DNA from: a virus
DNA: 64,000 nucleotides
IMG/VR virus record: IMGVR_UViG_3300025098_000019
Location: 32,001 to 96,000 of that record
Direction: 5' to 3' (one strand)
The notes under the pieces are model-generated. The model saw only the letters and a list, made by a program, of their open reading frames with translations. It was not told where the DNA came from and searched no databases. Shown here in pieces: positions 58,301 to 64,000 of this stretch; positions within the stretch are counted from its first letter, which is position 1, and every line of letters starts with the position of its first letter. The position numbers were made by a program, and so were the translations under genes.

Positions 58301-59864
58301 TAACGGACAACTTAATGTTACTGGTCCGTCTACTTTGGACAATATGGTGTTTTCAAATAATGTAATATCCATAGATCCAAATTCAACAAATACTGATTTA
58401 ATTCTTAGACCAAACACAGGCAACGAAGTTATTATTGATCAAAATGATTTATCAGTAACTGGAGATATATTAGCACAAACTTCTACTATAAATTCAAACA
58501 CTATTAACAATACGTTCTCTGTATCAGCATCTACATTTAGTACTGGTACTATATCAATAATAGGAAACTATATTACTTCTAGTGCTGATATTATTTTAGA
58601 AGCAAATCCAGGAGATGCTGTTAGAATAGAAACTGCTGACGTAGAATTTGGTGAAGATCTAACTATTCTTGGAACTACTACTTTAAATGATTTAAATGTT
58701 AACGGAACAATAACACACATTGGTGACTACACACAAACTGGCGACACAACTATTAATGGTAATATTATTGTCGGCGGCAACTTTGATGTTTCGGGTGCAT
58801 TCCAGTTTGAAGAAATATTAATTGATGATAACATTATTACAACTACATCAACAGATGCAAACTTAGAACTAAGTGCGAGCGGCACAGGCGAAGTATTAGT
58901 TCCAAATAATAATGTTAGAATGCTACAAGATTTAACAGTTGATGGAACAATATATGCAAATAGTGTTGTAACATCAAATTCGTTTATTTCTAGTGATACG
59001 TTTAGTACTGGTAATATTTTAATTGAAGATAACTTTATCACTACAACGGATACTAATAGTAATTTAGAATTACGTGCATCGGGTACTGGCTCTATTGATT
59101 TTGGTACTATACAAATTAAAGATAATACAATTTCAACAGTAGCTAATACTGATCTAATTATAGGTTCTGGAGATGCAATAGTACTTGATACAACAGGTAG
59201 TTTAGTACTTCCGTCGGGTACAACCGCACAACAGCCAGCTACTAGTTATGCAGGTAGTTTAAGATTCAATACAGACATAAATGACTTTGAAGGATATGAT
59301 GGCACAAACTGGACTAGCTTGGGAGGAGTGTTTGATACTGACAGAGACACCTATATTACAGCAGAACTAACTCCGGGTGCAAATGATGGTGCTATTAGAT
59401 TTTATACAAATGGATCACTAGCAGCAACTTTAGACAGTACAGGACTTGAAACACCAAGACTTGAAATTGATAATATTTTAATTGAAAATTCTACTATTAG
59501 TTCAGTAAATAATAATACTGATATTAATATTGAAGCACAAGGAACTGGCGGAGTAGTATTAGAAAATTTCCGTATAGCAGAAAATACTATAACTAATACT
59601 GTACCAGGATCAAACACTGAAATTGTACAAACAGGCAACGGGTATCTTAAATTTGGAGATACTGAAGGGTTTGTAATTCCAGTAGGTACAAGTATACAAA
59701 GACCAGGAGCACCAGTAGTTGGTGTTACACGTTTTAACACTACTGACAGTCGTGTTGAAGTATATGACGGACAAAATTGGGTATCAGTTGCTGGTTCAGC
59801 AAGTGGTATATCAAGAGCAGATGCAGAAGATTTAGCACTAGAAATTGTATTAAGTTTAGGATAA
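52335..59864 (+). CDS. Giant repeat-rich fibre-like virion protein B (2509 aa) with a LamG/ConA-like domain
   Basis: Paralogue of 45485..52189 (MAVGRISGPLL vs MAQVGRISGGLL). Extra domain GTGDFTIEFYVY...TWYHVAVTR....LFING...DEVRV at ~53930-54470. Confidence 0.78.
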   Translation: MAVGRISGPLLKSNLLRSGVNLAFENDLLVLDVNNDKVGIKLGLNNGDQNDPILPQHELDVNGTSKTTNLIVDVQADLADITISGNTIQSSSDLNLVTIGADTVVYQKQLDIQDISIYDNIISTNNGNVNLELRPNGTGIVDIFSEVNVTGNIHATGNITADGNIQLGSTDQTTPNDDTVTFNAEIASDLIPDADNTYQLGTAAKRWSDIYVQNFVATEIDTGDLFVDGIDLSLRQGKIIYVATNGDDTNTGTHPQDPVASLKYAIETIANTGDSIHIYPGTYTETFPIEIPVGVNIKGESLRSVKVQPTVASQDKDAFLLNGETTIEDITVANYFYNSTNNTGYAFRFASNIEVTSRSPYIKNVTVITEGSVTSAADPRGFDQGDAGKGVFVDGSDATANSKEASMLFHSVTFICPGVDAVTATNGARIEWLNSFTYFANRSMYAYDSAAGLRGDGKTAIRVDDVIGSFSAGETVTYYDIDGTTVLASGTIETVDADGKFYIDTKNTGWELPSERGGKTVAVNGDAQLSSSISKFGIGSLLLDGTGDYITVSSQDDFEYGTGDFTIEFYVYFDAVSGNLYDQRTTASQASPVIYVNGSSKIAYYVNGAEVITGTTTPATSTWYHVAVTREGTNTKLFINGTQEGSTWTDNTTYVETGIRIGAGFNDTSFVDGNFDEVRVVKGEAKYTTNFTPSTLPFVGEDGTILLLHFEGLDGSTDIVDDGISGQDIRFSGGATASKTTLVDLSDFGAEIRLIGSASVYGNEGLVGDGPGVVMYAIGHNVAYIGNGKDVDNDPNTVIQANEIVETNDAKVYYSTVDHKGDFRVGDLFVIDQENGAIQFSNASFNIDTTNGIEITDGTNTTLIRGDKIETGNWRLSDNTLETLSGDANITAASGQINLQDNVDITGDLDVVGNVTVAGNITIGDQSTDSISFAANIDSGMFPTTSDTYDLGSPSLRWRDLWSNRLYVDDIEINDNYITTTGTNADLELRANGAGVVRVPSNNVIISNDLTVNGNTILDDVTINSDFDVTGTVTITGDTDITGDVTIGQNLTVSETAQFEEILIDDNFITTTTTSADLELRAAGTGSVVIPNNDLEITNNLNVGIKLTSQNIDVIGNIQSASISSSDINIVNNTITTTQTSSNLVLRASGAGEIHVDTNDVVFGQTLTVAGATDVQDLTVNGTITHTGDYTQTGDTNITGNLDVFGTVTFDSEVQFEEILINDNFITTTSTSADLELRAAGTGRVLIPNNQVVIENDLDVTNNITANNIDVTVDVTSPTFNISDVRITGNEIATTISNADLDLVANGGGEIVFNSKGIFSQGLTVASGTTNLLDTTIVGNLSHAGPATYTGDALTTGDYILQGALTLTGGSAIIDDILIDTNFITTNITNADLELRADGNGIVRIDDNLEVTNDLTVNGTLSTPVLDVTTTITSDIFSTGDIEIQDNVITTTNTNNDLELRANAFAFVRVDQNNVIMNQELEVVGATRLQDTTVTGSLTHIGQTNQTGDFDLTGNLNVTGDLDISGAAQFEEILIDDNKITTTSTNADLELSASGTGNVLINNAAVFEQNIEIEASNTLRAGTINVGTVLTPSLTISDEIEIAGNVIRAVQSNSDLVIDASGTGSVLIPSSNVSITNDLTVSGLTTLGNTVVTGDITHTGNYAQTGDAVINGDYTVNGLFSVNAEMQFENILINDNFITTTQTSSDLELRAAGTGKVLVPNNDVLINNNLEILGITTTEDINNTGLITSGSFETSEIRIINNLIKTILPGDDLIIEANGTGTINVDSDLTVTNDFAVTGETTLQETSITGTLTQQGGTVQSGNFDLTGNLQVVGDLTALSSAQFEEILIDDNFITTTNTSADLELRANGLGEVLIPLNDVVITDNLTVNGVITSGSIVNSGQIISDSFGTGDILIDDNTITTSVTSSNLELRASGTGEIKVPTSNVEITNDLTVIGLTTTADVNVTGQITHIGNTIQTGDYTVNGAVVLNGQLNVTGPSTLDNMVFSNNVISIDPNSTNTDLILRPNTGNEVIIDQNDLSVTGDILAQTSTINSNTINNTFSVSASTFSTGTISIIGNYITSSADIILEANPGDAVRIETADVEFGEDLTILGTTTLNDLNVNGTITHIGDYTQTGDTTINGNIIVGGNFDVSGAFQFEEILIDDNIITTTSTDANLELSASGTGEVLVPNNNVRMLQDLTVDGTIYANSVVTSNSFISSDTFSTGNILIEDNFITTTDTNSNLELRASGTGSIDFGTIQIKDNTISTVANTDLIIGSGDAIVLDTTGSLVLPSGTTAQQPATSYAGSLRFNTDINDFEGYDGTNWTSLGGVFDTDRDTYITAELTPGANDGAIRFYTNGSLAATLDSTGLETPRLEIDNILIENSTISSVNNNTDINIEAQGTGGVVLENFRIAENTITNTVPGSNTEIVQTGNGYLKFGDTEGFVIPVGTSIQRPGAPVVGVTRFNTTDSRVEVYDGQNWVSVAGSASGISRADAEDLALEIVLSLG

Positions 59865-59868
59865 AAAA

Positions 59869-60201
59869 ATGGCAACACTATTTAAAAATAAAGTATTAAC
59901 GCAGGTAGGAACAACTCCTGTACAAATTGCGCAGACTGCAAGCAATTCTAGAGCAACAGTAATTGGGCTCAGTCTTACAAATTTATTAGCAGACAAAGCT
60001 GTGTTAGTTAGCGTAATGTTAACAGATGAAACAACCACAACAGGGTATTATCTAAAAGATGTAATGATACCACCAGGCGGAAGTTTACGGGCAGTTAATG
60101 GAGGCGAAAAATTAATTGTAGCTTCTAGTAATGAATTAATGGTAGTATCAAGCGTTGACGACAGCGTAGATGTTTTAATGAGCTTTGTTGAGATTGTATA
60201 A
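59869..60201 (+). CDS. Small beta-sandwich virion protein
   Basis: TVIGLSLTN...IPPGGSL...GEKLIV...MSFVEI; resembles 44510..44899. Confidence 0.6.
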   Translation: MATLFKNKVLTQVGTTPVQIAQTASNSRATVIGLSLTNLLADKAVLVSVMLTDETTTTGYYLKDVMIPPGGSLRAVNGGEKLIVASSNELMVVSSVDDSVDVLMSFVEIV

Positions 60202-60211
60202 GGAGAAATAA

Positions 60212-60571
60212 ATGAGTGGAAATTATTACGTAGGAAACGGACCAAATTTAATCCTTGATCAATACAACGGAGGAAGATATTTTTATGCGTTAAGAATAGA
60301 CGAAAACGAATTTTTGTATTTGACAAAGGTAGATATGGTACTAGATAAAACATCTAGTGTTAATTTAAATGAATCAGGTCCTGATAGTACAAAGGATTTT
60401 GAGAATTTTGAATTTGGAGTAGACTTTTTTGATAAACGTTTACCAAATAAAGAAGACGATCCTGAAATAAAAAATATGCGATATCAACAATATCGCTGGG
60501 ATTCGAAAAACATAGACTATGAAGTTAATGCTGACGGAGAACTCATAGTTAAAATAGATCCGTTAGGATAA
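60212..60571 (+). CDS. Hypothetical protein
   Basis: 119-aa ORF with AAGGAG RBS, within the structural operon. Confidence 0.7.
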   Translation: MSGNYYVGNGPNLILDQYNGGRYFYALRIDENEFLYLTKVDMVLDKTSSVNLNESGPDSTKDFENFEFGVDFFDKRLPNKEDDPEIKNMRYQQYRWDSKNIDYEVNADGELIVKIDPLG

Positions 60572-60627
60572 TAAAATAAAAGATAAATACATGCAAAGCG
60601 CATGTGCTGAATTAAAGGATAAGGAAA

Positions 60628-62004
60628 ATGGCAGAATTTAATCTAGGTAGATTACGATTTGTATGGAAAGGGGAGTGGCAGACCGGCACCGCATACCTAA
60701 GAGATGATGTTGTACGTTACGGCGGAACATCATACGTATGTAAAGCAGGACACACAGGTCAATCAAACTTCTATGCAGATAGAGATCTTGGTAGTTGGGA
60801 GATCATGGCAGGAGGATTCGAATGGGAATCTGAATGGACAGGTGGTACATATTATAAAGTAGGCAACGTAGTACGTTATGGTGTTACTGTTTATTTGTGT
60901 ATTACAGGACACACAGCAGATCCTACAACATTCGAAAACGATGGTGCAAACTGGGAAATTTTAGTTGCAGGTTTAAACTGGAGAGACTCTTGGGGCGCAG
61001 GCATTCAATACCAAGCAAACGAACTTGTAGTACAAAGTGATAGACTTTACATTGCATTACGTGATAATATTGGTGCTGACCCAGACACATCTGCTTTAGA
61101 CTGGAGACGCTTAACAGGTTCTTTAGGACTTCAAGACGGTGACACAATTGGCGTAGATCTTATCCCTGACGCTGACGAAGTTTACGACTTAGGTTCTACA
61201 AATAACAAATGGCGAGACCTTTATCTAAGTGGCAACACAATTTATCTAGGAGATACACAAATTAGTGTTAGCGCAGACGGCAAGATTTCAGCACTTGGCG
61301 GATTTGACTTAGGTGGTACTGAAGAACTTACCAACGGTCAAATAGCTATCACAGGCAATGTAATTGAGACTGTTGAGACAAATGCAGACGTCGATGTACG
61401 CACAAGCGGAACAGGTGCAATTAATTTAGAAGCCGATACAAATGTAACAGGTAACTTAGATGTTACTGGAGACATTACATTAGGCGGAAATATAAGAATT
61501 GGTGATAACGAAGTTGATACTGTTGAAGTACAAGCAGATTTTATATCTAATATTGTTCCAGATGTTGCTGATACTTATGACTTAGGTAGTACAACTAAGC
61601 AGTGGGCAAATGTCTATACAAATAATATTCGTGTTAATAATGCTATTACAACTACTGACGTAGGTACAATTGATGTTTTAAATACTAATGCAACAGTTAT
61701 TAATGCATTTGGTGCAGCATCAACTATTATGATTGGTGACACCGACGGCGAAACAACGTTTAGAACAACTATTGTTGTAAATGGTGACTTAGAGTTAGAC
61801 AATCAACTTATGCCAGAATACGGTGGTACAGGTTTAACTACTATGCCAGCAAATAGTATTGTATACGGCAACGGCACAGGTGTGATGCAGACCACAGGCG
61901 AAAGTGCTCCTGGGTCAAATGCAACAACAAGTTACGGAATTTTAACAACAGATGATAGCAATGTTCCAGTATGGACCGATGTGATCGACGAAGGAACCTT
62001 TTAA
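60628..62004 (+). CDS. Virion fibre-like protein with N-terminal CBM5/12-like repeats
   Basis: Three W..gt.Y..g.vV.y.g..Y.c repeats (WQTGTAYLRDDVVRYGGTSYVC; WTGGTYYKVGNVVRYGVTVYLC; WGAGIQYQANELVV) followed by IPD.D..YDLGS....W modules. TAAATA at 60584-60589. Confidence 0.65.
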   Translation: MAEFNLGRLRFVWKGEWQTGTAYLRDDVVRYGGTSYVCKAGHTGQSNFYADRDLGSWEIMAGGFEWESEWTGGTYYKVGNVVRYGVTVYLCITGHTADPTTFENDGANWEILVAGLNWRDSWGAGIQYQANELVVQSDRLYIALRDNIGADPDTSALDWRRLTGSLGLQDGDTIGVDLIPDADEVYDLGSTNNKWRDLYLSGNTIYLGDTQISVSADGKISALGGFDLGGTEELTNGQIAITGNVIETVETNADVDVRTSGTGAINLEADTNVTGNLDVTGDITLGGNIRIGDNEVDTVEVQADFISNIVPDVADTYDLGSTTKQWANVYTNNIRVNNAITTTDVGTIDVLNTNATVINAFGAASTIMIGDTDGETTFRTTIVVNGDLELDNQLMPEYGGTGLTTMPANSIVYGNGTGVMQTTGESAPGSNATTSYGILTTDDSNVPVWTDVIDEGTF

Positions 62005-62007
62005 GGA

Positions 62008-62013
62008 TAAATA
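62008..62013 (+). promoter_or_regulatory. Late promoter (ATAAATA) upstream of the 62092 gene
   Basis: Recurrent TAAATA motif. Confidence 0.6.
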
Positions 62014-62091
62014 AAAATACAAGCATATATATGCTTAAAGACTAAGGGAAGACAGGTGTTTCAACCCTTTACCTATATAGGAAGAAAATAA

Positions 62092-64000
62092 ATGGCTAGT
62101 AAACTAAAACACATTAGAAGTAGTGTACCGGGAAGAGTACCTACAGACTCACAGATCGAAACAGGTCAAATTGCAATTAACACTGCTGATGGTAAAATTT
62201 TTACCAAAAAGGAAAACGGTGAAATTGTTGCGCTACAGGCGGTTGATCCAGATTTTGCATCGTCAAGTATTTTCCAAGGCGATACTTTATTAAAAGTATT
62301 AGACGCTCAGGATAGTACTAAAGCAAGTATTACTGCAAGTGTAGACGGCGTATCCAAAGTTGTTATTGAAGCAGACGGTACCGAATTTAACGGACCAATT
62401 ACTGTTAATGCAGCAGAAACATTATTCTTTAATGATGCTGATGACAACAAATACGTAGGTATACAAGCACCTGATGATGTTAACTTTAGCTATATTATTA
62501 AACTTCCACCAGAAGATTCAATTGACCCTGCTGTACTAACAACAGACGGACAGGGAAATACATTTTGGGGTAGACCAGATGCGTTTGGCGGAAACAGAGT
62601 TTATGTTTCAGACAAATATGGTAATGACGAAAACGACGGTACTAGCCAACCAGTTAAGTCAATTACGCGAGCAACACAAATTGCAGCAGATTTATCATAT
62701 CGTCCAAAAGTAGATCCGGGTAGAGAATTCTTTAACGCTAAGAAATTATTGCGTGACAACAAGCCATATATTAAAGAAGAAGCAATTGCGTTTATTGAAG
62801 CAAACTTTGTTAACTTTTTTCCAGAGTTTGATCAAACAGACTTTGGCAATGACGTAGTTAAATTAGTTGATGCTGTAACAGAAGATATTGTATTTGCAAC
62901 AAATTATAAATCAACAGTACTAGCATTAGAATTAGCTGAAAAGCAAAAAGCATTTGCAACAGACGGCCAAAAAGCAAAATACATTGATTTTGTAGAATAT
63001 GTTCTTACTAGACTAGAACTTATTGCGCCACTTGATGCAGCAACACTTCCTGCTATTAGAACACTATGGGCATCTATTGTTGAAATTATATGGACTGATC
63101 TTGACGATGCTCAAGCAATGAGCGAAATATACTTTACTCCAAATCCAACTGCAATAACAACACTTACAAATGGTGTTGATCTTCTAAGAAGAAACAAAGA
63201 GTTTATTGCCGAAGAACAAATTGCTTGGATCGAAGCAGAAATACTTGCTGGTAATTCACCTTTTAACAACGGCTTAACATATTCACAAGAAGTATGGAAA
63301 GACTTTTATAATGACTTAATTGATGCAATAGCATATGATTTACAGTATAGTGGTAATACTGCTACAATAGCACAGACTGATTGGCTAGCATCTGGTGATG
63401 ATAATATTACAGGTGTTGAAGCACAATATAGAGAAGCAATTACACATTTAGTAACTTATATTGATGATGTAATCGAAAGCAACACAATATCAGTACCAGC
63501 GCAATCGACAGTAGCACAGGTTACTGACGCAGCAAATGGTAGTAGTGTTGAATCAGCAGCAGCTATTTCATTGTTAACACAATTAAATGAAAGAACATAT
63601 CAAGATCCTGGTAATTACCCTGTTATAATAACTAATCCAGCATACGTTGCTGCTTTTAACTTTGATCCTGGTAATACTGACAGAGGTACAATCCAAGACG
63701 AAACAGCAGCAGTTAGACAAAACTCAATTATCTACTTAGATCAAAAGTATCCTGGTGCATATAAAGAAGCAAAATGTCGTAGAGACACTGGGCTTATTGT
63801 AGATGCAGCATATTGGGATATTTTATTAGGTACTAATTATAATCAAGTTACAGCTGGATTATCGTATACTAGAGGTACAAGTGCGTACTTAGGAAATTAT
63901 CAAAATATTCAAACTGTAGAAAGTTTAAAACATGCTAAAACGTTAGCAACAGTGCTTACAGGTTCTGATGCAGTTGCACAATTCCGTAATGACGAAGCAT
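62092..64000 (+). CDS. Large fibre-like protein (3' end beyond the window) with helical repeats, one carrying KCRRD
   Basis: Missing from the track because there is no stop in the window. MASKLKHIRSSVPGRVPTDSQIETGQIAINTADGKIFTKK resembles T4 gp37-type fibre N-termini. It continues with RVYVSDKYGNDENDG..PVKSITRA and helical repeats; the frame is still open at 63721-64000. Confidence 0.8.
   Translation, partial: MASKLKHIRSSVPGRVPTDSQIETGQIAINTADGKIFTKKENGEIVALQAVDPDFASSSIFQGDTLLKVLDAQDSTKASITASVDGVSKVVIEADGTEFNGPITVNAAETLFFNDADDNKYVGIQAPDDVNFSYIIKLPPEDSIDPAVLTTDGQGNTFWGRPDAFGGNRVYVSDKYGNDENDGTSQPVKSITRATQIAADLSYRPKVDPGREFFNAKKLLRDNKPYIKEEAIAFIEANFVNFFPEFDQTDFGNDVVKLVDAVTEDIVFATNYKSTVLALELAEKQKAFATDGQKAKYIDFVEYVLTRLELIAPLDAATLPAIRTLWASIVEIIWTDLDDAQAMSEIYFTPNPTAITTLTNGVDLLRRNKEFIAEEQIAWIEAEILAGNSPFNNGLTYSQEVWKDFYNDLIDAIAYDLQYSGNTATIAQTDWLASGDDNITGVEAQYREAITHLVTYIDDVIESNTISVPAQSTVAQVTDAANGSSVESAAAISLLTQLNERTYQDPGNYPVIITNPAYVAAFNFDPGNTDRGTIQDETAAVRQNSIIYLDQKYPGAYKEAKCRRDTGLIVDAAYWDILLGTNYNQVTAGLSYTRGTSAYLGNYQNIQTVESLKHAKTLATVLTGSDAVAQFRNDEA

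Noticed and set aside
45485-59864. Diversity-generating retroelement or invertible cassette in the fibre genes
   Set aside because: No reverse transcriptase, no invertase, and no template/variable repeat pair differing at adenines was seen.
1-64000. Stop-codon reassignment as in some large phages
   Set aside because: Genes are full length in the standard code, and TAA, TGA and TAG all occur as terminators at well-packed gene boundaries.

Overview
This is 64 kb of a large, AT-rich, T4-like (myovirus-type) phage genome, almost entirely virion morphogenesis genes. The minus strand from 1 to 22267 is the baseplate module: a >3,690-aa wedge-like protein cut by the window edge, then gp6-, gp25-, gp5-, gp27/hub-, gp53- and gp48/54-like genes. 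From 22.3 to 28.4 kb a plus-strand island under consensus sigma70 promoters carries a gp55-like late sigma factor, gp47/gp46, the tetrapyrrole enzymes hemE and hemC, a small basic protein and a GIY-YIG nuclease. About 530 nt of non-coding, extensively base-pairable sequence follows. Next come two probable internal head proteins, a gp26-like gene with an apparent -1 frameshift extension, a tape-measure-like gene and the head module (gp20, gp21, gp22, gp23). A run of giant repeat-rich fibre or appendage genes continues off the right edge. A TAAATA late-promoter motif precedes most structural transcription units. The most notable signals are (1) a candidate large pseudoknotted ncRNA directly after the GIY-YIG gene; (2) a fibre protein with a phycobiliprotein-like KCxRD motif in a phage that also encodes HemC and HemE; (3) a hidden G/GT-type frameshift in the gp26-like gene; and (4) a 20-aa YRG peptide with its own structured leader after the capsid gene. 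All family assignments come from motif recognition by eye, not from database searches.
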